A stretch of DNA of 64,000 nucleotides from Octopus vulgaris. Lineage: Eukaryota. The DNA lies in NCBI GenBank assembly GCA_951406725.2, contig OX597820.1, positions 23,994,001 to 24,058,000 of the forward strand, in the 5' to 3' direction. This document shows, piece by piece, positions 1 through 11,613 of the stretch. Numbering within the stretch: position 1 is the stretch's first letter; each line of letters starts with the position of its first letter. The position numbers and the translations under genes are program-made. The notes beneath the pieces were generated by a model, which was not told where the DNA came from, made no database searches, and saw nothing but the letters and a program-made list of their open reading frames with translations.

Positions 1-141
1 TTTCGTTTCTGGATTTGGTTTGCAAGATTCATTATGAGTGTTCGTGTGTTGAAGCATATTCTGTTGTGTCTGGGGAGAGTCATTTTCTTTTTGTGCCTTA
101 TAATTTAACACACTCACCGGTAAAATTGTAAGACACAACAG
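1..141 (-). mobile_element. Penelope-like (PLE) terminal-repeat fragment with ORF start MTLPRHNRICFNTR
   Basis: Homologous to 43448-43573, which carries a hammerhead-like motif. ATG at 83 (-). Short inverted repeat CTGTTGTGTCT (61-71) / AGACACAACAG (131-141). Confidence 0.5.
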
Positions 142-147
142 TATATA

Positions 148-1019
148 TCTTTATATATATAAAACTGAGAATGTGTGTCTGTGTGTCTGTGTGTCTGTCT
201 GTCTGTCTGTGTGCTTCCCCAAAACTTGAGAACTATACAACCAATTTCATTCAAATTTTACATATGCCTTACTTAGGGTCCGGGGAGTGTCATCGGCAAA
301 AAATTTTTAACTTTTTGCCTAGGGCGAGCCCACAGCAATAACATATCTTCTCCACTACGATTCCCTAAAACTTGAGAACTACACAACCAATTTCATTCAA
401 ATTTTACACATGCCTTGCTTAGGGTCCATGTAGTTTCATGGGCAAAAGAAATGTTCAATTTCTTGCCTAGAGTGAGCCTATAGCAATATCATATATTCTC
501 CACTATTTCAGTATTACGTGTTAAAAGTGAAACAAAAATATTTCTCTATTTTATGTCAGATGCTTTCACTTTAACAATAAAAATAATAATAACAATTAAA
601 TTATACGTAGTAAGTAATAATTAAAATCAAACTAAAGTATAATATAAGTAAAAATAGCAATTGGAATAAAATTGCATCAATGATTTGAATTTGAATAAGT
701 AGTTTCACATGAATGGGAATTAAATTAAAAATAAAATTAAAGTGCAGAAATGGAATAGTCCATTTGATTTAATAAAAAATTAAATTAAAGAAAAGACTGT
801 TGTCTATAAAGTATACAATGTAGAGAAAAAAGAACTAACAATTCCAGTCTTATATATTTTGAGTATTGTTATCACTAGCGATATCAAGATATAACTTTGT
901 ATTTTGCATTTTATATGTAGATGTATATATATAGATGTACATGTAATATGTACACATATATATACACATATATACATGCACTAGCACTATGACCCGGCAA
1001 CGACGGGTCTTTGATGCTA

Positions 1020-1020
<1 letters not shown>
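148..1020 (+). mobile_element. Non-autonomous Helitron-like element
   Basis: Starts A|TC, followed by a (GTCT)n tract. Ends with hairpin GACCCG-GCAACGA-CGGGTC then CTAG|T. Internal ~146-bp tandem duplication (about 218-360 and 363-505). Confidence 0.8.
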
Positions 1021-1090
<70 letters not shown>

Positions 1091-1465
1091 GACCGACGCA
1101 CTCAAAGAGTGCTTTTGTGTGATTCAGTGACCAGTGAGTCTTTCAACCAGCTAAAAATAGCAGCCAAATCTCTCTTGGATCATGCTTGCACGTCTTCTTT
1201 TAAATAACAAAAGTACACATTAAATAATGTCAATTGTATCAGCTTCACCTGCCCCTTCGCTTTCGGTTCTGTATCGAGGAACAAATTGCTCTCTGTCATG
1301 TGATTGGGTTTCTGCGTTTATAATCTGGAATCTAGAATCGTTTTCCACACGACATCGTTGCCATTGTTGTAATGTTGTAAGAAATATCCGAAGAAATAAC
1401 TCTACAGATATAAATTTAATTAGAAGCACTGCTGACATTGATTCATTGTCCTCGTCTATCGTCAT

Positions 1466-1605
1466 CTATCTCTTAAAATCTACTTCAGATTCATTGGATA
1501 CTCGTTGGGAGAAGAGCGAACGTGAATGACTATAACGGCAACTACGACTTCGACGAGTCCTATCCAAGATTAGAGAGGCCTGTGGTAAGAGACATGGTGA
1601 TTTTC
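1466..1605 (-). CDS. Possible terminal coding exon of an unidentified host gene
   Basis: Long polypyrimidine tract and TTCAG acceptor before 1605. High-complexity frame (G)KSPCLLPQASLILDRTRRSRSCRYSHSRSLFSQRVSNESEVDFKR*, followed by unique 3'UTR-like sequence. No homology recognised. Confidence 0.35.
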
Positions 1606-1608
1606 CTG

Positions 1609-2015
1609 AAATGAAGAGAAGAATGAAGAGACGAAGGGAGAGGGGAAAGGAGGAAGGAAGTGGGGGAAGAAAGGAGTGAGAGAAAAGAGGGAGGAAGGGA
1701 GGGGTAAGGGAGAAAGGAAAGGAGGGAGAAAAGGGGAAGGAGGAGGAGTGAGAGAGGAAGGGGTGGAGGGAGATGGGGGAGTGAGGGAGGAAAGAGGGAG
1801 GCAGGAAGGAGGAACGGAGGGAAGGAAAGAGGAAGGGAATAAGGAAGGAATGAAAAAGGAAACAAAGAAAAAAAGAAGAGGAAGAAAGGGAGGAAGGAAG
1901 GAAGGGAAAGTGGGAGGGAGGAATGAGGAGAGGAGAGGGTAGGAGGGAAAGAAGGTTGGAAGAAAAGGCAGAAGGGAGAAAGGAAAGATGAAAATAAAGA
2001 GCGTATGAAAGAAAA
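1609..2015. repeat. Polypurine (GGA/GAAG) low-complexity tract
   Basis: About 400 bp almost entirely G/A. Confidence 0.9.
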
Positions 2016-2418
2016 TACACACACACACATTCATATACATATACACATATATGCAAACATATATACACACACACGTACATACACACGTACATACATATAC
2101 ATTCATACATGCATACGTACATGCATGGATACATACACACATACATACACATATGCATACGCACATTCTTATACGTGCATATACATATATACATATATGC
2201 AAATGCATTTACTTATATATAAATATATATATGCATATACATACACACATACACATACATATGCACACATGTATATACATAAATGTATTTTTATATGTAT
2301 ACATGTATAATACTCATGCATAAATACATACATATATATAGTACATACATGCATGCGTATATGTATAAATATACGCCTGTATTTATGCGTGTATACGTAT
2401 ATCCATATATATATGCAC

Positions 2419-2572
2419 TGGCTGTGTGGTAAGAAGCTTGCTTCCCAACCACATGGTTCCGGGTTCAGTCCCACTGCGTGGTACCTTGGAAAAGTGTCTT
2501 CTACTATAGCTTCGAGCCGACCAAAGCCTTGTGAGTGGATTTGTTAGACGGAAACTGAAAGAAGCTCTTCGT
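2419..2572 (+). mobile_element. SINE family B, 5' half (tRNA-derived)
   Basis: TGGCTGTGTGGTAAG A-box and GGTTCAGTCCC B-box; matches 7003-7395. Confidence 0.85.
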
Positions 2573-2596
2573 GGATGTATGTATGTATATATATAT

Positions 2597-2777
2597 AACG
2601 TTGGCGATTTTCTTCCTCAGTCTTCCTTTCTTTGGGACTTTCCTCTATTTCCGAAGAAGAGATTTGCACGAAACGTTGAATCCTCTTTCTTTCCTTTCCT
2701 GAGCGTCTGATAATACATTACTTGTACCACGTCCTCGCGTTGTTGTTTTTTCATGTTTGTTCTTCTGTTTGAATTCA

Positions 2778-2790
<13 letters not shown>
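2597..2790 (+). mobile_element. PLE-derived repeat with decayed hammerhead motif (2647-2682)
   Basis: CCGAAGAA-GAG-ATTTG-CAC-GAA-ACGT-T. Related to 49040-49230 (-) and 29020-29095 (-). Confidence 0.55.
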
Positions 2791-2833
<43 letters not shown>

Positions 2834-3752
2834 ACACATATTACATTAAAAGTCAGTTTGAATCTTGCTTGCTTGCAATGTTACCCAGCCAAACTGGCGC
2901 ATAATGGGAAAATACTTCTATGAATTAAGTTTACCCTGAAATGTTAATACGAACGGAATAAAACAAGCTTCGCGTAAATCGGATGAGTGGTTGTTAAGAT
3001 ATTAGAAGTTTTCGGGGTAGAAATACTCAAAACGCTGCACAATTGGAAAATATTCTGAAAATAATCATAATCCTGAAAGGGAAGAAGCTCTTATCATTCG
3101 ATTAGACACAGTGACTTGACAGCGAAAAAATACGATTTGTTTTTTTACAGTAAATGTTTCTATTTTCACTTTTGTTAAGCACAGTATTTTAATCATTTAG
3201 ATAGATTTTATAAGTGAATGTGATTTCAAAATTGTAAGTTGTTTGTACAGTAAGTATTTATAGTTTAGCTTTCTTTAAATAGACAATATTTTAATGTTTT
3301 TTAAATTATTTTCAAATGAATACCATTACAAAAAATATTTTTTTGGCATATTTAAAAAATATTCTAAAGTAATATTTTGTAAAATATTTTGTAAAAGATA
3401 CATTCGTAACCTCGGTGTGAAGTTTTTCCATAGGATTTTTTCGAGTGCATTCAACGTATCTCACCTCCAAATATTTGGCTGCTATTTCTAGCTTGCCCTG
3501 CTACCATGTAACAGCTATTTGCGATAAAGGACCCGAAATACCTGTTATGTAGTAGTAGGGAGCGCAAGAAATAGCAGCCAAATCTTTCCTTTTCTGGGGA
3601 ACGGAGCCGTTTACGCGTGATTTCGATGTCACATTCGTTAAAAGCATGCGAAATAACCTGGAAAAGAAAAAAAACCCACGAAACAAAAAACTCTGTTGCT
3701 GGGAAACTCTGTGTTTCTCGGTGACCCTACGGATTATGGATAGTCTAGTCTA

Positions 3753-3850
<98 letters not shown>

Positions 3851-3857
3851 GTATGTA

Positions 3858-4060
3858 TTTGTGTGTCTGTCCCCTCACCATCGCTTGACAACCAATGTTG
3901 GTGTGTTTACGTCCTCGTAATTTAGCGGTTCGGCAAAACACACCGATAGAATAAGCACTAGGCTTACAACGAATAAACCCTGGGGTCTATTTGTTCGACT
4001 AAAAGCGGTGCTCTAGCATGGGCGCAGTGAAATGACTGAAACAAGTAAAAGAATAAGAAT
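3858..4060 (+). mobile_element. SINE family B, 3' half
   Basis: Matches 7180-7395, including tail GCGGTGCT..CATGG..ATGACTGAAACAAGTAAAAGAATA. Confidence 0.85.
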
Positions 4061-4071
4061 ATATATATATA

Positions 4072-4144
<73 letters not shown>

Positions 4145-4493
4145 CTAATTGCGTTAGCACACATTATTCATATGTATAGATTAAGGAAAGAGAAACAAAT
4201 GAGAAACAAGTCATTAAAAAAACGAGCAAAGTGAAGAACGAAAATTGATGGAAGAGAAAGCGTGGAAGAAATAGAAAAAGTAGTAGTAGAAGTAGTAGTA
4301 GTAGTTGTAGTTGTAGTAGTTGTAGAAGAAAGAAGAGCATGAAGAGGAGGAAGAAGGGAAAGAAGAAAAGAAGAGTGGAGGGAGAAAAGAAGGAAGAAGA
4401 AAAAGGAGAAAAGAAGAAAAGGAGGAAGGAGAAGAAAAAAAGAGGTAGAAGAAGAAGAAATTACCGAAGTTATTCTTGTTGCTTATTTTTGAT

Positions 4494-4554
<61 letters not shown>

Positions 4555-4850
4555 GTTTTTCCTCTATTGTATATAGCCGTAAGGCTTTGTGTTGTTATGT
4601 ATGCATAATTCTTCGTCTGTTGTATTTATATGCCTTGTTTGTTTCTGTCTCCGTTTACATTCGCAAGCTTTTTCCCAGTAGCTTCATTATCATTGAGACC
4701 TGGCGTCTCCAGGTCTCAATGATAATGGCGCGAAACCGCAATGATATTTTGGTTCATTGACTGACGAGGAAAACTCAGGTGCGAATATTCCGTGCATGGC
4801 GTCTTTGTCTATATTTGGTAGAGTGGATTGATAGACAGAAAAGAAACTCG

Positions 4851-4896
<46 letters not shown>

Positions 4897-5260
4897 CAAA
4901 TTAAGGAACGGCCATAATAGGCCGTTCAACCCACTAGAAATAACAGCCAAGGCTTCAACCGCAAAATAGTAGTAATTCGTAAACCAGGAGAAAATTAAAA
5001 AAACATTTACCCTGTTCATCTTTAGACAATGCATTGTTTCATCGTTTTTTAATGGTAAATCAGCCTGATTAAATTAAATCAAGTCAATCTTCCATAGGCC
5101 AACAAATTCATCACTAAAGTAAGCCAGGAGGGAGAGAAATTACACGAGGCAGCTACATTACCGCTTCGGCAATATCTGACCTAAAATTTTCAAAATCATC
5201 GTACTCGCGCCAATTTATCGGCAGCAAATATAAGCTGCCGATTCCATATATATGTATGTA

Positions 5261-5316
<56 letters not shown>

Positions 5317-6062
5317 TGTGTGTTTGGGACAAGCATAAAAATTATGTTTGTCCATAACCCCCGTTTGACAAACGGTAATGGTTTCTTTACATCCCGTAAA
5401 ATAGCGGTACAGCAAAAGTTACCGATAATATATACGTACCCGACTCAGAAAAATTAGTACTGGCACCGATTTGTTTAATTAAAACCATTCATAGCGGTGC
5501 CTCAGCATGGCCGCAGTCCAATAACTGAGACGAGTAAGCAATAAAAGATAAAAAAACGGTAAGGGATGGGAGACAACTTCGAGCATGTTTCGGTATTATG
5601 ATGATATTGGACTCAATTCACTGTACTTTCTAAAGTAGTAATGGGACAATCACAAAATAAACGTACCAGATTCTACATAAGATACTGCAGGAACATAGAA
5701 TCGTTACAGAATATTTTATTCATAGACGAGATCTACATAAAGAACTTTATTTAATATAGTGTCGACATATTTAATGAGGGAAGCATTAAAATGCTAACCA
5801 GAAACAAATATGCGGTGATGAAAGATGATGATATTAATCAATAATGAATAATGTTATTTTGATAGATCGCTTATTTTTAACATTTCCTCACAATGATTAT
5901 GTATATATTTATATAGATATATGTGTATGCATATGAGTGTGTGAGTATACATATAAGTAAATGTGTGTGTGTGTGTGTGTGTGTACATACAATAGGTACC
6001 ATCTATATGCAATTATGTATGCATGTATGTATATGTGTGTTTGAATGCACGTATATATAGAG

Positions 6063-6103
<41 letters not shown>

Positions 6104-6226
6104 TACATAATTTATATATACATGTGTATCTATTATATATGGGAATATATACATATATATGTACATATATGTATATATATATGTATATATGTATATATAT
6201 ATATATGTATATATGTATATATATAT

Positions 6227-6270
<44 letters not shown>

Positions 6271-6326
6271 ACATGTAAATATATACATGTACGTATGTTA
6301 AAATATATACATGTACATATACATAA

Positions 6327-6370
<44 letters not shown>

Positions 6371-6880
6371 ATAGGGAGAGAGAGAGAGAGAGGGGGGAGG
6401 GAAACGTATACTTGTATTTCGGACGAGTGAAAAAGCATAATGCATTAAATAATGGCTGCTGAAAACCTCTTTACGATATTACTTCACTTTTCTTTTGGGG
6501 TTTCTACTTAAAGTACACTATTGGTATTTTGTTGCAACTGTATGTAGGGAATAAAATATAAGACACAAAATACAAATTGGAAGATGTGTCGATGCACGGG
6601 GAATTTGAAAATATATACGAAAAATATTCGGGAACCTTTGTGGTTTAAACACATGAAATGAGGTAGTATGAAAATAAATATGCATATTATACGGATGGAT
6701 AGAAGGGTAATAATAGAAATGCTTTCATATTATACATGTTTCGGCAAAAATGATCTACTACTATTAGATTTGCATAGATATAATAGAACTTTAATCATCC
6801 CGTATGTGAAGGGCTATCGAAGGGCTAGCTTTAGAATAATGTGATTCTAATAATCCTAATATATATAAAAAATTAGTTCG

Positions 6881-6978
6881 CGGCTGTGTGGTAAGAAGCT
6901 TGCTTCTCAACCACATGGTTCCGGGTTCAGTCCCAGTGTGTGGTACCTTGGCCAAATGACTGAAACAAGTTAAAAAAG
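6881..6978 (+). mobile_element. SINE family B, internally deleted (head fused to tail)
   Basis: Head up to CCTTGGCC joined directly to AAATGACTGAAACAAGT. Confidence 0.75.
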
Positions 6979-7002
6979 GAGTAATAAAGTTTGTAGAATA
7001 TA

Positions 7003-7395
7003 AGCGCAGGCGTGGCTCCGTGGTAAGAAGCTTGCTTTCCAACCACACAGTTCCGGGTTCAGTCCCACTGTGTGGCACTTTAAGCAAGTATCTTCTACTA
7101 TAGCCTCGGACTAAACCAAAGCCATGTGAGTGGATTTGGTAGACGGAATCTGAAAGAAGCCCGTCGTATATATATATATGTTTGTGTGTCTGTGTTTGTC
7201 CCCCCCAGCATCGTTTGACAACCGATGTTGGTGTGTTTACGTTCCCGTGTCTTAGTGGTTCAGCAAAAGAGACCGATAGAATAAGTACTAGGCTTACAAA
7301 GAATAAGTCCTGGGGTCGATTCTTTCGAATAAAGGCGGTGATCTAGCATGGCTTCAATCAGTTGACTGAAACAAGTAAAAGAATAAAAGAATAAA
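7003..7395 (+). mobile_element. SINE family B, full length with internal (TA)n(TG)n
   Basis: tRNA-like head, internal microsatellite, tail ending (AAAGAATA)n. More than 12 partial copies in the window. Confidence 0.9.
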
Positions 7396-8199
7396 AAATG
7401 ATTATTTCCAATAGATCTTTACTTCCAGTTGATGGAGAATCATTGACCCGTACAGCATGTGCAATAATATAACGATGTATTAAAAAAGAGCGGCTTTGAG
7501 TATGAAATAACACATGGAATCAAAATTATGCACGTACAGAAGCAAGAAAATAAATAAATATTTTCAGACTATCAACTAGCTTAAATGTTGCTTCTAACAT
7601 TATGAAATTCTTCCCAAATTTACTGAAAAAAAAAAAAAAAAATCCTTAAATGGTAGTGCTCTTGGTAATATCTTCTTCACTATTATTGTTTTCGTTGCTG
7701 TTGTCCCTATTGCTTTCTGCTTTCTTTTTGGTGTCGATTGATTCGTTCGACGTATTGACGTCATCTTCAACCATTTTTTCCCTGCAGGCCATCGATATTA
7801 TCGTCTTTGCCACTTTATATTGAATTATTTTGAATCTTGCTTGTTTGTTGTTGTTGCTTTTACCGAAGCTGTTTTCTACTTCATCTATATTGCACCATGA
7901 CATCAGTAGTGTTGTAAGAGTTAATACCTGTATATTTATTTTTATATTTCTCCGCGACGTCTGACGAAAATACTTTGACAAACAAAATTTTCAAGTCAGA
8001 CGACAGTTTTGGCGTTACTGTTACCACTGCTCCTCCATTTCAAAAGCCAAGTTATTTACATTTTACATAAAATGTCCACTCAATGCTCACAATTAAATAA
8101 CTTTGCTTAACCTAATTAAGTGGAGGCCCCTAAATCCTTTCCCCACTCTCGAGAATGTCAAGGATTTCAACTTTTATCAACGACATTTATGAAAGACGG

Positions 8200-9023
8200 T
8201 GACCCGGAACTATCAAGCCAATGTGATGAAAAATGGAGTAAAACCAAAGTACAGATACTGTAACGATGGAATAGAAACTGGACCACCTTATCACCGGGTG
8301 TAAAGTTTTAGCACCTGCAAAGTATAAATGAAGACATGTCAGAGTTGGCCAATATCTACACTGGATAATATGTCAGCATTATAACATAAAAACTGCCGAC
8401 AAATGGTACAATCACCACCATAGAGGCCGTAACTGAGGGAGAAAATGTAACGATTATTTGGGACTTTCCAGCATGTACAGACCATCAAAACTAATAAACC
8501 AGATATTGCTGTGAAAGACTAAAACAAGAAAGTCTATTTATTGATTGACATGCCCGTAATGTCTCAGCAAAAGAATTTGATAAGCTCAGAAAATATAAAG
8601 ATTTGCTAATCGAAATCGAACAGATGTGGCATCTCAAGATATTTACAATACCAGTGATTATAGGAGCACTTAGAATGATCAAAAAAAGGAATTAAAATTA
8701 TATGAGAATGATCTCTGGCTTACCATCCACGCAAGAAATGCAAAAGACTATCTTAACTGGTACGTCGCACGTACTGAGAATAGTATTGTCACTGAATTTT
8801 CTTTAATCTTTTTTCCTTTTATTTTCTTTGTTTAACATTTTTCATTGTTACTTTTTTCCTTTATCTCTCTGTCTCGCTTCTCTTTTTTCTCTATCACATG
8901 ACTTTGTAAATGAACAATCTGGTGTGTTTATTTTAATGACCTACCAATGTATACAGTGAGTTTCTCTGCCCTAGGTCCCAGGAAGACACTCGGCAAGAAA
9001 TGGAAACAAAATTGAAAGAAGAC
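8200..9023 (+). mobile_element. Degenerate R4/Dong-clade non-LTR retrotransposon 3' part (Zn knuckle + RLE endonuclease)
   Basis: Frameshifted TRNYQ..RYCNDGIET..H..RH.RVGQYLHW..IIWDF..NKPDI..LLID..KYKDL.IEIEQMW..IPVIIGAL; followed directly by (TAA)n at 9024-9070. Confidence 0.85.
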
Positions 9024-9100
<77 letters not shown>

Positions 9101-10145
9101 CGCTTTCATTTATTTGCCACTAGAGCAAAAAATGAGGGGGACAATACAGAGACAGACATAAAGTGTGGGGCTTACATATAATGAAATGATAAAAAAAGAT
9201 GAAGGAAAGAAAGTATACATGGAATACACTGAAAAAGAAGGGACATATGCATTGTATATAAAGGTTTTTTAAAATATGGGGAGAGGATAATAGGGGAGGA
9301 TGTGGCCCTCCTGATAGAGGGAGACCTCAAGAGATAAACGAGGGACCCCACTGTCCAAGATTTCCCTGAAATCTCAGGAGCAAGTGCCCTCTCCAGTTCC
9401 TTCTCTCCGACTTACAGGTCTACACTTAGAGAGGTGCCATCCACTCTTGCCATTTTCGCTACTTTCACCCACCTGTCAATAAGCTCACTCGAGGATAGCA
9501 CTTCCATCTCCACTCTCAATTTCCCTTTCAAGTGAAACTTGAAGAAGTCAATGAGAGCCCTACCAAGGAGGAATGTGTCAGTCCTCATACTTTTCAGTCT
9601 TGTCCATCAAACAACCTCTTTCGCCACAGCCACCAGGCAAGAGAAAACTGCTTTGTCTGCCCGATTGAAAGAGAACGGCAACGCGATCATCACTACAGAC
9701 TAGGCTGACAGACGGATCCGACCCACACGTGACAGCAGCTGTTCGACATAACCCCACTAAGTCAGCAATGCCCGGACACTGAACGAGGGCGTGCAGAATG
9801 GTTTCACCACTCTGCACACACCTCGGACAATCCCGTCTGACAACACATCCGTGCCTGTAGAGTTTATTTCGAACCGGTAGCGTCCTACCCCCGGTAGTAC
9901 TTCCAGGCCAAGGACATCTGGAAATTATCCATGATAGTTCCCAAACGGAATGTCCTCCGGAACAGACTAGCCAGTTCGTTCTCGTCGGCGCCCAGAGTCT
10001 CCCCGAGAATGTCGTCGCACTTCCCCGCCACTAATCCTCTATAAATTTCTAAAGCGGAACAACCGACTGGCAGATGGCTCTAAGCACCTGACGATATTCT
10101 GGGTACCAGGCTCCCAGTCTCGGTCTTTTCTTTACCCAGGACTGC
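9101..10145 (-). mobile_element. L1/Tx1-clade LINE 3' fragment
   Basis: Decayed C-terminus DNFQMSLAWK..LPVRNKLYRHG..CPRCVQSGETILHALVQCP (CCHC region), then a 3'UTR ending GGCAAATAAATGAAA. Confidence 0.75.
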
Positions 10146-10200
10146 ATCATCCTCCTTCTCCTCCTCCTCATCATCATTAGCATCAAGAACGACAACATAA

Positions 10201-10231
<31 letters not shown>

Positions 10232-10714
10232 CAACACAGCTATCAGAAGTTCCTCAAGTATTTATCTCTGTGACAATTAAGAATTTCTTATTGAAACCAA
10301 TTTCGTTTGTTTAATTCATGAATATCTCTGGAAAAGACAACAAAACCTCAAACCCCCACATACTTTTCCACTACCCAAAGGTGGGTGGGTGGGTGGTGGG
10401 AATTTCCCATATTCTTATTGATCAAATTTTTAATATGCATAAACTTCAGACAGTTAAGCCAGTGTATTCTTACTAGCTAATATTCTTTTATTCTACCCCA
10501 CCCCCACCCAGTGCTGTCAGCACAACGAGCAACAAACCTTCTCCAAACATCCTGATTGCTCGCTTTTCTCTCAGCTCCACTCGGACCGACTCCCATCGCT
10601 ATCAAGTAGTCCCGGAACGTACTGCTCCACGTCTTCCACAGTCATTCTCCTCAGTACATTTCTTCTTTCTGGCGTCCACTCCATCATGATGGTAATGTAT
10701 CTCTCCTGCGGTAA

Positions 10715-11160
10715 TCTCTTATATAAAATCTGTTCTGTCTGTGTGTGTGTGTAGGTCTTCTAGGATCTCGGGCATCCTCCATCTGATTGCGCTCAAATTT
10801 GATATGTAAATACCGACGGTATCAGGGCGTGTATAAGTCTTGAAAAAATTACAAAAATCGATTCCAGGTGAGAATACGATCGATAAGGCCATTTTTGTCC
10901 TGCTTTTCTTCCGTCAACCTGTTCATAACTGCACCTTCCATTTTTTGTTGTTTTTGTACTGCTTAAAGACACGTTTCTTCTCTGCCAAGCTTACTGTTTA
11001 AACCATGTTTGTGTTCTTCCAGTCAACAGCCTTATCATTACTGGTACTTTAAACTCTTCAGTTGCATATTTGTGTGAATAAAATCGTTTTTCTTTGGAAT
11101 AGAAAAAACGTCTATCTTTATTTCTTCTTTTGCTGGTGTCTCAAATTTAGGTTAAATCAG
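10715..11160 (+). mobile_element. Helitron-like element 5' part (3' end not found)
   Basis: A|TCTCTTATATAAAA plus TG/GTCT tract plus CAAATTTG motif, like 148 and 60572. The end coordinate is approximate. Confidence 0.5.
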
Positions 11161-11167
11161 TGTTTCT

Positions 11168-11341
11168 CGACTTAATCTCTTTGTCTGTTCTTGTTTGTCC
11201 CCTCTGTGTTTAGGCACCTGTGGGCAATAAATAAATAAGAAACGTTAGCACGCCGGGCGAAATGCTTAGCAGTATTTCGTCTGTCTTCATGTTCTGAGTT
11301 CAAATTCCGCCGAGGTCGTCTTTGCTTTTCATCCTTTCGGG
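11168..11341 (+). mobile_element. SINE family A, tail-to-head junction fragment
   Basis: Family A tail followed immediately by head AGAAACGTTAGCACGCCGGGCG. Confidence 0.8.
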
Positions 11342-11613
11342 AGGCCCAAACACATACACAAACACATACACACATATGTATACAGAGACATACAAACGAC
11401 AATGCGCACACACACATATATATATACATGCATGATGTATATATACCCACGCATACATACATACATACATACATACATACATACATACATACATACATAC
11501 ATACATTCATACATTCATACATACATGCATACATACATACATACATACATACATACATACATACATACATACATACATGCATACATGCATACATACATAC
11601 ATACATACATACA

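Noticed and set aside
7646-7981. 111-aa minus-strand ORF as a host exon
   Set aside because: No recognisable domain, no polypyrimidine tract, and triplet-biased composition; it cannot be excluded.
11402-11613. N-terminal 70 aa of the 966-aa ORF as a real domain
   Set aside because: (CATA)n read-through; LINE homology starts near 11614.
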